A stretch of DNA of 64,000 nucleotides from Dehalococcoidia bacterium (GCA_965261995.1 CBDHEH010000001.1:6036-70035), one strand, 5' to 3'; positions 34,184 to 43,168 are shown, numbered from the stretch's first letter. The notes: generated by a model from the sequence alone, not told the origin. Made by a program: numbers and translations.

Positions 34184-34711
34184 TCAGAACAAGGAAATCG
34201 GCGCACCGACATCTGCACGTTTTGTTCGGTGAGCAAGTCCGTCACCGCGGATGTGCAAGAGTTCGTAACCTGCCTCTTCAAGTGAAGGTCCTAACAAATG
34301 TTGACGATGGCATTTCGCTGGGTTTTCCTCTGAGCACATTATTGCGACGCGCCGATCAAACGCGATGGCACATAAATCACCGATTGCGTCATCGTACAAC
34401 GGGTCGGCTTCCTCACCAAACTCACCGTTCCCACGCCTGATGTCGTACGATCGCAACATGTCAACGAATTCCGGTTTCCCATCCCATGCCGCTCCGCTCG
34501 GCATACCGCCGAGCCGATCACCCATGTAGAGGTATTCGATCCCACGCTTGGGCAACCAAGCGTTAAGAGTACGCTGGTCTGCATATTTCGCGAATCTCGA
34601 CCACGGGTTAGAACGCACGTCAACGACGGTTTCGATTTGATGCTGTTCCAACAACCGAACGAACGTATCGAAATCGTGATTACTATGGCCGATTGTGAAG
34701 ATCTCGTTCAT
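34184..34711 (-). CDS. DUF488 family protein (paralog 1)
   Basis: MNEIFTIGHSNHDFDTFVRLLEQHQIETVVDVRSNPWSRF...IMCSEENPAKCHRQHLL. ATG 34711 is used; the track ORF opens at TTG 34738. Confidence 0.75.
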   Translation of the reverse strand: MNEIFTIGHSNHDFDTFVRLLEQHQIETVVDVRSNPWSRFAKYADQRTLNAWLPKRGIEYLYMGDRLGGMPSGAAWDGKPEFVDMLRSYDIRRGNGEFGEEADPLYDDAIGDLCAIAFDRRVAIMCSEENPAKCHRQHLLGPSLEEAGYELLHIRGDGLAHRTKRADVGAPISLF

Positions 34712-34825
34712 GGGTAGGATTCTACACCTGACGGGCAATTCGAACTACCGGCAAGTTCTCCATATAAAAGTACACTCGATATCGGAACTCACCCTCATCC
34801 TTACGATCGGAGCCGGACACGAAAC

Positions 34826-35470
34826 ATGGAGATATCTCTTAACGGACAAAAAGCATTCCTAGTGAAGACTGCCTCCGGGACGGTAATTTGCGATCCAGCG
34901 AACGAGGAGGAAGCGACGTTCGTGCCTTCGTCCGCCGCGGATGACACGGTCGTGACTGCGGTTTTGAGAAGTCGGCCGGCAAATTCAAGTTTCCGGAAGT
35001 CGGGGCGATTTGGCGGATCGGATGTGATTTCGCATCCGGGGGAGTATGAGATCGGGGATTTGGGCTTGCGGGGTATCGCTTTGCCGGTAGAAGACGAGGG
35101 GAAGAAAACTGTAACTTCGTTCCGGATAGATGCGGATGGATTGGCGACCTATATGTTAGGTCGGCCCCAAGCATCTCCGGATTCCCGGACAGTTCAGATC
35201 ATCGGCCATGTTGATGTCTTGTTGTTGGACGCGGCGCGGCTCGAGATGGACGTCAAGGAGCTTTCGTCGCTGATTGGAGCGTTGGACCCTTCGCTTGTCT
35301 TGGCAAATGGGCTTGATGCTGAGAGCGGAGAGCCTAACCCGATGTTGAAGTCGCTGCGCGGCGAGATGGGTGGGGATCAGACGAGTCAGGAGCCGCAGCC
35401 ACGCGTCAGCGTAACTAGGAGCAACCTGCCGGCCGATAGGCAGTTGATTGTATTGCGCCCACGCGCATAG
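34826..35470 (+). CDS. Hypothetical protein, possibly a degenerate MBL-fold (UPF0173-like) protein lacking HxHxDH
   Basis: The N-terminus MEISLNGQKAFLVKTASGTVICDP mimics MBL-fold starts, but no His cluster follows. Confidence 0.35.
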   Translation: MEISLNGQKAFLVKTASGTVICDPANEEEATFVPSSAADDTVVTAVLRSRPANSSFRKSGRFGGSDVISHPGEYEIGDLGLRGIALPVEDEGKKTVTSFRIDADGLATYMLGRPQASPDSRTVQIIGHVDVLLLDAARLEMDVKELSSLIGALDPSLVLANGLDAESGEPNPMLKSLRGEMGGDQTSQEPQPRVSVTRSNLPADRQLIVLRPRA

Positions 35471-35484
35471 TTCCATTCAGCTCA

Positions 35485-35528
35485 AAAACACAGCGACCGC
35501 CGGGATGAACCTGGCGGTCGCTTTTTGT
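35485..35528. terminator. Bidirectional intrinsic terminator between convergent genes
   Basis: AAAAACAC-AGCGACCGCC-GGGATGAACCT-GGCGGTCGCT-TTTTGTT. A GC-rich 10-bp stem has an A-tract on one side and a T-tract on the other. Confidence 0.75.
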
Positions 35529-35562
35529 TAGGGCTGGATAAGCTTTGCTTTAGTGATCCGAA

Positions 35563-36966
35563 CTAGACCTGCTCTTCGCCGGCCTTTCGGCTGTGCTGGT
35601 ATCCGAAGTACCCTGCGATACCGAGAATGACGAGCACGAGGATGATGGCGAGCGGCAGAGTTGCGTTGAAACCACCGCCGGTCTCTTCAGGCTCGAGCGT
35701 TGCGGTTGGTGGTATCGCGGTTGCTGTAGGTGGAACCGAGGTCGCGGTTGGTGGCACCGAGGTCGCGGTCGGCGGCACGGAAGTTGCCGTAGGTTCTGGC
35801 GTCGCTGTCGGTGGTACCGGTGTCGGTGGGATTGGCGTCGGCGTGGGTGGCACGGGTGTCGGCGGGATTGGCGTCGCCGAGGGTGGCACCGGTGTCGGCG
35901 GGATTGGCGTAGCGGTCGGTTCGGGCGTCGCAGTTGGCGGTACCGGTGTCGGAGTCGGTGGAACCGGCGTCGGAGTTGGCGGCGGTGGGGTAGCCGTTGG
36001 TTCGGGTGTAGGTGTTGGAGGTACTGGCGTCGGAGTGGGTGGTATTGGTGTCGCCGTCGGTTCTGGAGTCGCGGTCGGTGAGATCGAAGGGAAGAATAGA
36101 CGTATATCTGCAGGTTGTCCCGAGGTGAAAATGCTCGGTGTCTCAGCCTCAAGCGCCTTGTTCGGGTCTGTCGGGTCACCCTTGTCGATCAGGTAGAACT
36201 TGATCGGGGCACCGTTCAAGCTTTCGTCGGTGGTGTCGACAGCCAGATTGTATGTGCCTTCAAAAACGGTAACGTTGTTCGTCCGCAGGGAAGCTCCAAC
36301 AACTGCGAAGATTTGGTAACCGTCAGGCACAAGACCTTCCGATGTAAATGCCTGGCCGGAGAATAGTGTCACCGTTGAGTCGACCGGGTCCGGCTGTCCG
36401 ACCGGAGCTACCGGGCCACCGGCCGGCAGCATCGGGAAGTCGATGATGATATCGCGAAAATCTGGAAAGCCGAATTCACAGGTTAGGCAGAAGTTGCCAT
36501 CATCGCCGATTAGCGCATAGTAAGAGTTAGTGGTGGCTTCAACCGTTCCGTTGAGCACGAACTTGATCTCGTTTCCGACGAGTTCGCTCGGCGGGTTCAC
36601 GGTGAGGTCTTCAAAGCCGTTAGCATCCGCGGTCCCTTGGCCAACTGCGACGGGTTCAGAAACCCAGTCGCCGATCTTGGCCGTGAGTTGCATCCCTTCT
36701 ACACCTAGTGGGGAGTTTTGAACCGTTACCCAACCGTTGAAGATGACAGCCGCTAGGTTTGGCGGCAACTGTGTCTGGGCTTGGACATCGTTTCGCGTGT
36801 CCACGAATGCTGTCGTCACCCCAATCAGAGCGACCGCTACGATTGCGAGCGCTAATGCCCACTTGTGCACGTTTTGAGCACCAGGTCGTTTTTGGATGCC
36901 CATACTCTCAGGCGCGGTCGCTGCGCGGTCGGTACGGATCGCGTTACGCTCGGTGTCATCGTGCAT
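35563..36966 (-). CDS. Envelope protein P1: N-terminal anchor, two beta-sandwich-like modules, Pro/Thr repeat stalk, C-terminal TM anchor
   Basis: 467 aa, paralogous to the next gene. About 130 aa of (P-T-A/P-x)n repeats. It ends GGGFNATLPLAIILVLVILGIAGYFGYQHSRKAGEEQV. Confidence 0.75.
   Translation of the reverse strand: MHDDTERNAIRTDRAATAPESMGIQKRPGAQNVHKWALALAIVAVALIGVTTAFVDTRNDVQAQTQLPPNLAAVIFNGWVTVQNSPLGVEGMQLTAKIGDWVSEPVAVGQGTADANGFEDLTVNPPSELVGNEIKFVLNGTVEATTNSYYALIGDDGNFCLTCEFGFPDFRDIIIDFPMLPAGGPVAPVGQPDPVDSTVTLFSGQAFTSEGLVPDGYQIFAVVGASLRTNNVTVFEGTYNLAVDTTDESLNGAPIKFYLIDKGDPTDPNKALEAETPSIFTSGQPADIRLFFPSISPTATPEPTATPIPPTPTPVPPTPTPEPTATPPPPTPTPVPPTPTPVPPTATPEPTATPIPPTPVPPSATPIPPTPVPPTPTPIPPTPVPPTATPEPTATSVPPTATSVPPTATSVPPTATAIPPTATLEPEETGGGFNATLPLAIILVLVILGIAGYFGYQHSRKAGEEQV
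35708..35791 (-). repeat. Tandem 21-nt coding repeat (4 units, encoding TSVPPTA-type heptads) inside P1
   Basis: The units GGTGGTATCGCGGTTGCTGTA, GGTGGAACCGAGGTCGCGGTT, GGTGGCACCGAGGTCGCGGTC and GGCGGCACGGAAGTTGCCGTA were read directly. They sit in a wider PT-coding tract at about 35671-36069. Confidence 0.85.
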
Positions 36967-36977
36967 CTGGGATCACC

Positions 36978-38453
36978 TCATGATTCCTGATTCAGGGCGT
37001 AGTCATCTTCAGGTTCTAAAAGCATGGATTCGTCTTTGCGAGACACCGCAATGCGCCACGCAAAGATGCTCAATAAAGCAACGATGCCCAATGGCATAGT
37101 CGCTTCCATCGATCCGTTTTGGTTCGGCGACGCGTTGCAGAAACCAGAGCCGTTCCCGCCATCGGTTGGCGGTGTTGCGTCACCATTGCCACCGGGAACG
37201 AACTGCGTCGGGCTCGCGATTATTGATACCGCCTGTGTCGCTTCGCCAGCAGTGTCCGTTGGTCTCGGCGTTCTCGTGGGCTCAGGTGTATTCGTCGCAG
37301 TGGGAACGTCGGTTGGCGTCGGCGATGCGAATACCGTCGGCGTAGGAGGCACGGGTGTGTTCGTAGGCGTCGGTATGGGCGTCTCGGTAGGAGTAGGTGT
37401 TGGTGTCACCGTTGGGGTATCCGTCGGCAACGGCGTGGCCGTGTGCGTCGGGGTTGGTGTAACCGTTGGGGTATGAGTTGCGGTTGGTGAAGGCGTTATC
37501 GTCGGAGTGTATGTAGGAGTAGCGGTCGGCGTGAGCGTCGGCAGCAGGTCTGGGAACACCAAGGACACGTTTTCGAAATTGGCACCACTAACCATCGCGC
37601 CGGGCGGTGACAGAGCTTTCAGGAATCTCGGCGCACCGGAAGGGTCGTTTCGGTCTACCAGATAAAAGACCACGGGCGCATTACGGTATTTCTTGTCGGT
37701 GACATTGACAGTGATGAAATATTCACCGCCGAACACCTCGATGTTTTGCGATCGAAAGTCTTCGCCGACGGTGACGTAGATTTCCGATCCGTCGGGCAAG
37801 ACGCCGCGCGGCGTACGCGCTCGCCCCGAGAAAAATGCTGGGGTTAGGACTTCCGGCGACGGTGTCCAAGTGGGCGTCACCGTAGGCGTTGGCTCTGGCA
37901 AATTAGGAAAGTCGAGATCCAGTTCCCTCAAGATCGGGAACGTCCAAGTGCAACCGCCGCAAATCTCGCCGGAAAACTCATTGATTACCGCGTACCAGTC
38001 TGACGAAGTGGACAGCACGGTATCTTCCAACAAGAACTCGATTTGCGACCCGAAGAGGTCAAGCTTAGGATCTGGCGCAACTACTAGGTGTGCGTATCCA
38101 GACGGTCGGTTTGGCAATGAGCCGACGACGACCGGCGCGGATTCGTACTTAGTCCCAATGCGGGCAGTGATTTTGAACCCGGAGTATTCCGGTTGTTCGC
38201 CGTTGATAGTCACGTAGCCGTTGAACACGATCGCTGGAAATGTCGGTGGGACGCCGGGGTTTTGCGCTGCGAGTTGCTGTCCATCACGATTCGCTAACGC
38301 GATTAGGATGACGGCGACCATTGCCGCACCTGCCAACACTGCGCTCCAGCTCCGTAGAGACGTGAACAAGTTGCGTGCAGACACAGGCATGCATAGCTTC
38401 CCAATAAGAATTGTGCGATTTTCCATAGCGAAAATCCTAGGGATTCGATGCAA
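36978..38453 (-). CDS. Envelope protein P2 (paralog of P1)
   Basis: 491 aa with the same module order as P1. The PT stalk lies at about 37254-37541. It ends GNGSGFCNASPNQNGSMEATMPLGIVALLSIFAWRIAVSRKDES... The exact start is uncertain (M1, M10 or M22). Confidence 0.75.
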   Translation of the reverse strand: MHRIPRIFAMENRTILIGKLCMPVSARNLFTSLRSWSAVLAGAAMVAVILIALANRDGQQLAAQNPGVPPTFPAIVFNGYVTINGEQPEYSGFKITARIGTKYESAPVVVGSLPNRPSGYAHLVVAPDPKLDLFGSQIEFLLEDTVLSTSSDWYAVINEFSGEICGGCTWTFPILRELDLDFPNLPEPTPTVTPTWTPSPEVLTPAFFSGRARTPRGVLPDGSEIYVTVGEDFRSQNIEVFGGEYFITVNVTDKKYRNAPVVFYLVDRNDPSGAPRFLKALSPPGAMVSGANFENVSLVFPDLLPTLTPTATPTYTPTITPSPTATHTPTVTPTPTHTATPLPTDTPTVTPTPTPTETPIPTPTNTPVPPTPTVFASPTPTDVPTATNTPEPTRTPRPTDTAGEATQAVSIIASPTQFVPGGNGDATPPTDGGNGSGFCNASPNQNGSMEATMPLGIVALLSIFAWRIAVSRKDESMLLEPEDDYALNQES

Positions 38454-38468
38454 GGTTCAGACATTCCA

Positions 38469-38498
38469 CCGCGTGATTAGCATCGGATAATCACGCGG
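38469..38498 (-). terminator. Stem-loop downstream of rpsI (possible operon terminator, no U-tract)
   Basis: CCGCGTGATTA-GCATCGGA-TAATCACGCGG, a perfect 11-bp stem. Confidence 0.4.
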
Positions 38499-38524
38499 CG
38501 CACAGGTACAAACAGCGTGTCGAT

Positions 38525-38929
38525 TTAACGCTTGGTGTACTGCGGTGCTTTGCGAGCTCGCTTGAGGCCGTACTTCTTCGACTCTCGCATTCTGGAATCG
38601 CGGGTCAGAAGCTTGTAGGTCTTCAATGCGGATCGCAACTCAGGATCGAATGAAACTAACGCGCGCGACAGACCGTGCGAAAACGCCACTGCCTGTCCGT
38701 GGACCCCGCCGCCGTGCGTCTTGGCGACAACGGTTACCTTGCCTGCAAGATCGGTTACGTTAAGCGGCATGAGAGCGTCGGATAGCCATTCATCGACGGA
38801 AATAACCTCGTTAAGCGGCTTACCGTTGAGGGTCACTCCCCCAGCACGGTTGTAGAGGCGGACGCGTGCAATGGAGGATTTGCGCCTTCCCGTGCCGTAG
38901 TAGTAATGATTTTCGTTGTCGGTGGTCAA
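38525..38929 (-). CDS. rpsI: 30S ribosomal protein S9
   Basis: GTGRRKSSIARVRL...KKYGLKRARKAPQYTKR. TTG start with a GAGGAG SD. Confidence 0.96.
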   Translation of the reverse strand: MTTDNENHYYYGTGRRKSSIARVRLYNRAGGVTLNGKPLNEVISVDEWLSDALMPLNVTDLAGKVTVVAKTHGGGVHGQAVAFSHGLSRALVSFDPELRSALKTYKLLTRDSRMRESKKYGLKRARKAPQYTKR

Positions 38930-39110
38930 TGTGCGCTCCTCACGCGGCCGTATCGCCGCTCAGAATGGATTGTGCTCGCGAGCGAAGATCGTCTAGGTAC
39001 TGTTCAATCGTCCGCATTGCACTGCTGGGTGCATGTAAGCCCGTTTCGTCATACGGTAGTTGTCACGCGTTCGGATTGCGGGAATCGACCAGACGCTGCG
39101 CGAAAATGCC

Positions 39111-39584
39111 TCAGTCTTCGTTTTCTTCATCCCTGTCGCGTGTTTCGGCGCGTTCTGAACCGATCACTTGCGCCGTGTGCGGGTGTTCCGGACCTTCGTA
39201 CACCTTCAGACGTGTAAGCATCTTGCGCCCGAGCTTATTTTTCGGGAGCATCCCCCGAACCGCAAGTTCGATAATCCGCTCCGGAGTCCGTTCCATCATC
39301 CGCGAATACGGAATCTGCTTCAGGTTACCCGGATATTGGCTGTGGCGCTTGTAGATCTTCTGCTCCGACTTTTTGCCGGTCACTTCGATTTTCGACGCGT
39401 TCACAACGATCACGAAATCGCCAGACGGCAAATGCGGTACGAAGTCGGCTTTGTGTTTACCCATCAACACCATCGCGATCTCGCTGGCGAGTCTGCCAAG
39501 AACTCTGCCTTCGGCGTCGAATACACGCCATCGATTCTTCAGATCCGATGCGCTCGGGTTGTAGTGCTTCAATTTGGTGGGCAT
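39111..39584 (-). CDS. rplM: 50S ribosomal protein L13
   Basis: WRVFDAEGRVLGRLASEIAMVLMGKHK..., with an acidic C-terminal tail ETRDRDEENED. Confidence 0.96.
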   Translation of the reverse strand: MPTKLKHYNPSASDLKNRWRVFDAEGRVLGRLASEIAMVLMGKHKADFVPHLPSGDFVIVVNASKIEVTGKKSEQKIYKRHSQYPGNLKQIPYSRMMERTPERIIELAVRGMLPKNKLGRKMLTRLKVYEGPEHPHTAQVIGSERAETRDRDEENED

Positions 39585-39659
39585 AACAGATTGATTCTAA
39601 TTTGCGCGAGCGCGATAGTCATCTCTATTGGCGCACGACGTGTCAACAGCCAAAAACGC

Positions 39660-40430
39660 TCAGTCGAGCGGCGGTTCTCGTTCGAAATTGATTTCGTATA
39701 CAACCCGTTGCAGCGTCAATCCCTGTGGAGGTGCATTTTGTGTTGCACCGTCACGGCGCGGCGTCGCTACCAACGAGGCGACCCATTCCTTCGTTCGGGA
39801 ACCGCTACCTACGGCGACAAGCGTTGCGACCATTCTCCTGATCTGTTGGCGCACGAATGCGTTGGCGCGGATGTCGAAAACAATCCTTCCGTCGTCCGTC
39901 CGTCTGATGTTTGCGGTCTCGACGTCTCGGACGTTGGAACCACCGTCGATTGAGGCTGCGGCGAACGATGTGAAGTCGTGCACGCCGATAAAGGCTTGTG
40001 CACAGTCTGCCATCGCCACATCATCGAGAGGGCGATGAACGTGGTACTCGTGTCTTCGCCGGGTTGGCGTAGGCACAGGGCCATCGCTGATAACGTATCG
40101 GTACTCTCGTGCGATTGCCGCGCGCCGAGGATCGAAGTCTGCTGGAACGCTCCGGGCCAGCCTGACACAAACGTCTTCTGACAGGTTACCGTTCATTGCG
40201 TTACGGATTTCTCCATGAGACATCTCAGTAACGGCATCGAGAGACGCGACTTGCCCAACCGCATGCACGCCGGCGTCGGTTCGGCTTGCCATTCGGATGC
40301 GACCGGTTTGGGAGCCGAAGATTGTCGTTGCTGCGTCTTCCAATACGCCTTGAACTGTGCGGGCGTTGAGTTGAAATTGCGAACCGCTAAAATCGGTGCC
40401 GTCGTACTCTACGATTAGCGCCAATCGCAT
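39660..40430 (-). CDS. truA: tRNA pseudouridine(38-40) synthase
   Basis: MRLALIVEYDGTDFSGSQ...ASRTDAGVHA. Confidence 0.93.
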   Translation of the reverse strand: MRLALIVEYDGTDFSGSQFQLNARTVQGVLEDAATTIFGSQTGRIRMASRTDAGVHAVGQVASLDAVTEMSHGEIRNAMNGNLSEDVCVRLARSVPADFDPRRAAIAREYRYVISDGPVPTPTRRRHEYHVHRPLDDVAMADCAQAFIGVHDFTSFAAASIDGGSNVRDVETANIRRTDDGRIVFDIRANAFVRQQIRRMVATLVAVGSGSRTKEWVASLVATPRRDGATQNAPPQGLTLQRVVYEINFEREPPLD

Positions 40431-40470
40431 ATCGGGACCGCGCCACTGATTGGGACGCGCGCGTCAGAGG

Positions 40471-40824
40471 TCAGTCGACGAGTTCGATGAGCGCCATTTC
40501 GGCCCCGTCGCCTGCGCGCTTACCGAGTTTGATGACACGGGTGTAACCGCCGTTGCGATCGCGATAGCGGTCTGCCAATTCATCGAAGGCCTTGGAGAGC
40601 ACTTTTTTGTCGGTGATGAACGCCGCTGCTTGTCGCCGGTTATGGAGGTCGCCCCGTTTGGCGTGGGTGACCATTTTTTCTGCCAGCGGCGCGACTTCTT
40701 TGGATTTGGCATGCGTCGTGCGTATCACTTCGTGCCGCAGCAGGTCGGTGACCATGATGCGGTACATCGCTTTGCGCGGGGCTGATGCTCTTCCAAATTT
40801 TCGTCCTGATCGGCGATGTCGCAT
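40471..40824 (-). CDS. rplQ: 50S ribosomal protein L17
   Basis: MRHRRSGRKFGR...GGYTRVIKLGKRAGD. ATG 40824 is used; the track ORF is longer. Confidence 0.95.
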   Translation of the reverse strand: MRHRRSGRKFGRASAPRKAMYRIMVTDLLRHEVIRTTHAKSKEVAPLAEKMVTHAKRGDLHNRRQAAAFITDKKVLSKAFDELADRYRDRNGGYTRVIKLGKRAGDGAEMALIELVD

Positions 40825-40858
40825 GATGTCCAGATTCTCCCGATTCGGTCGCCAGAGG

Positions 40859-41857
40859 TTAGATTTGCTCTTCTGTATCTTCTTCGTCTTCAGGCGGCCA
40901 AAGCTCTTTGGCAACCATGAAGTCGCGGAGCTCTCGGAACGAGACTTCTCCGAAGTTCCGCACCTCTTGTTTCAATGTGTCTGGCGTGAAGCGCACTAAC
41001 TCGCCCAACGTCCGGATGGGGTAACGCGAAAGCGCATTGATGATCCGCGAGCTCAGTTGATCTCCCAGATCCTTGATCTCGGTCTCCAACAACTCGGCCA
41101 TTGCGTCGGATGCCGGTTGGTCTTCAGATTCCGGCTGCTCGGTAACCATGTCGAGCTTGGACTTGAAAATGTCCGCAGCAGTTCGCAGAGCGTCGATCGG
41201 TTCAACCGTACGGTCGGTCCAGATCTCGATCGTCAAAAGGTCTCGCCCAGACAGACGTCCAGACATGCCTTCAACTTCATAGGTGGCCTTCAAAACCGGT
41301 GTAAAAACGGCATCGACCGGAAGCACGCCGTGACCTGGAGTGTCTTCGTGGTCGAAGGCTAAGTAACCTTCGCCCTTCTCGACGCCAAACGTGACGACGA
41401 GTTCACCGTCATCGCTGTCGAGCGTGGCCAAGTGGTGCTCGGGGTTTACGATCTCGAAGACGCTATGTGGCTTGATGTCGCCGGCCACGACCTCACCTTC
41501 ACCGGATGCATAAAGCGTGAGTACCTTTTGCGTCGTCTCCGCGCGCGCCCTGATTCGGATGCCTTTGGCGTTGATGAGGAATTCACCAATCCCCTCCCGC
41601 ATGCTCGGAACTGAGCCGTATTCATGCTGCTGCCCGACGATGCGAGCCGAGGTAATCGCAGTCCCTGGCATTGCGCCGAGGAGAACTCTCCGGAGACCGT
41701 TGCCCAGAGTCGTGCCCCAACCGCGCTCAATTCCTGCGATTTGGAATTTGCCGTAAGTCTCGTTGGATTCGACAACCTCGAGTTGAGGCGTGAAGTCCTC
41801 CGTCTCGTCCGCGAACTGGACGGTGGTTGAGATTGGCGAGCGAATACCGCCTATCAT
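40859..41857 (-). CDS. rpoA: DNA-directed RNA polymerase subunit alpha
   Basis: 332 aa. GTTLGNGLRRVLL in the NTD and ...LSSRIINALSRYPIRTLGELV in the CTD. Confidence 0.95.
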   Translation of the reverse strand: MIGGIRSPISTTVQFADETEDFTPQLEVVESNETYGKFQIAGIERGWGTTLGNGLRRVLLGAMPGTAITSARIVGQQHEYGSVPSMREGIGEFLINAKGIRIRARAETTQKVLTLYASGEGEVVAGDIKPHSVFEIVNPEHHLATLDSDDGELVVTFGVEKGEGYLAFDHEDTPGHGVLPVDAVFTPVLKATYEVEGMSGRLSGRDLLTIEIWTDRTVEPIDALRTAADIFKSKLDMVTEQPESEDQPASDAMAELLETEIKDLGDQLSSRIINALSRYPIRTLGELVRFTPDTLKQEVRNFGEVSFRELRDFMVAKELWPPEDEEDTEEQI

Positions 41858-41866
41858 ATTTCTCGT

Positions 41867-42523
41867 CTATCTCCTTGAGTAGTATTCCGTGATCAATCGG
41901 GTATCGATCGTGCTGTCGACGTCATCTTCATTTGGAGTCGAATCGATCGCTGCCGTCAGGTTCTCGGAATCGACCGTTATCCAGTTTGTAGCTTGCCGAC
42001 GTCGGCCGACATTGTCGTTGGCTGCCTTGTAGAGGCCCGAACTCTTTGATGGTTCGCGCCAAGACACTACATCGCCAGGTTTGACGATGAACGAGGCAAT
42101 GTCGACCTTGCGGCCATTGACTTGAATGTGTCCGTGATTGACGGCTTGGCGTGCCTGAGGTCGCGAGGTCGCAAAACCTGCGCGGTAGACCACGTTGTCG
42201 AGTCGCCGCTCCAGTAATTTGAGCAGATTGACACCAGTGACACCTTCGAGTCGGGCAGCTTCGTCGAACATTCCGCGGAACTGCTTTTCGTAGATACCGT
42301 AGATGTGCCGAGCTTTCTGTTTCGCCCGAAGTTGGATTCCATGATCAGACAACCGACGACGACGACGTTGTCCGCCTGGGGGTCCCGACGCACCTCGGCG
42401 ACCAGAGCTGTCCCGCGAACGATCGACTGCACACTTGGGCGTGTAACAGCGTTCGCCCTTTAGGAAGAGCTTCTCGCCTTGTGATTTGCAGATCTTGCAA
42501 ACTGGATCTGTGTTTCTTGCCAT
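41867..42523 (-). CDS. rpsD: 30S ribosomal protein S4
   Basis: MARNTDPVCKICKSQGEKLFLKGERC... plus the S4 RNA-binding domain. ATG at 42523. Confidence 0.95.
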   Translation of the reverse strand: MARNTDPVCKICKSQGEKLFLKGERCYTPKCAVDRSRDSSGRRGASGPPGGQRRRRRLSDHGIQLRAKQKARHIYGIYEKQFRGMFDEAARLEGVTGVNLLKLLERRLDNVVYRAGFATSRPQARQAVNHGHIQVNGRKVDIASFIVKPGDVVSWREPSKSSGLYKAANDNVGRRRQATNWITVDSENLTAAIDSTPNEDDVDSTIDTRLITEYYSRR

Positions 42524-42729
42524 TACCGTCTCTGTTTTCTCGTAGCGTTCCGAATTCAATGTTCTCAGAATCAGAAGCGGGACCCGTCAAACACGGGCCA
42601 AGTGCTAACTTACCGATTCTAAATTGGGTGGAGCGTTCCAATCCCTCGAATTGGCGTGATTCCGTGGTTCGAGTGACGAATCGCGACACTCGCGCCCAAC
42701 GCGCCCGCATGACTAGACAAATCGCCCGA

Positions 42730-43113
42730 TCAGACTCGTCGTCTCTTCGGTGGTCGACATCCGTTGTGCGGTATCGGTGTCTGGTCGGTGATCGAACTGA
42801 CTCGAATACCGGCTCCAGCGATAGCGCGAATCGCTGATTCGCGGCCATTGCCCGGACCTTTGATGAGTACGTCCACCGTCCGCATCCCGTGGGTGACCGC
42901 GGAGCGTGCCGCGGTTTCCCCAGCGCGTTGCGCGGCAAAGGCCGTCTTCTTGCGTGAGCCCCGGAAACCCATGGCTCCAGAACTGCTTTGCGAGACGACG
43001 TTGCCGTTCGGATCTGTGAACGTGATCAACGTGTTATTGAACGTAGCAATGATGTACGCCCGACCTTGCGGAACAAACTTCCGCTCTCTGCTTCTTCGAC
43101 GAGTTCTCGGCAT
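42730..43113 (-). CDS. rpsK: 30S ribosomal protein S11
   Basis: [18 protein letters not shown]...[11 protein letters not shown]. Confidence 0.96.
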   Translation of the reverse strand: MPRTRRRSRERKFVPQGRAYIIATFNNTLITFTDPNGNVVSQSSSGAMGFRGSRKKTAFAAQRAGETAARSAVTHGMRTVDVLIKGPGNGRESAIRAIAGAGIRVSSITDQTPIPHNGCRPPKRRRV

Positions 43114-43168
43114 AGCCTAGATTGTCGCTCCTACTTTGTTGACGGTCCCGATGAGACCGCCGCTATAT

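Noticed and set aside
35627-36196. Plus-strand ORFs reading VAVGGTEVAVGG... (and similar ones at 37024-37476).
   Set aside because: They are the mirror image of the Pro/Thr-repeat coding tracts of P1 and P2. The minus-strand frames are continuous with clearly protein-like N- and C-terminal domains.
35671-37541. Short periodic DNA repeats that might be mistaken for a CRISPR array or minisatellite.
   Set aside because: The units are 21 nt or shorter, contiguous without unique spacers, in frame, and encode PT-rich linkers. No cas genes are present.
38940-39017. 25-codon ORF in the rplM-rpsI spacer as a real gene.
   Set aside because: It is too short and has no convincing SD. I kept it only as a comment within the spacer finding.
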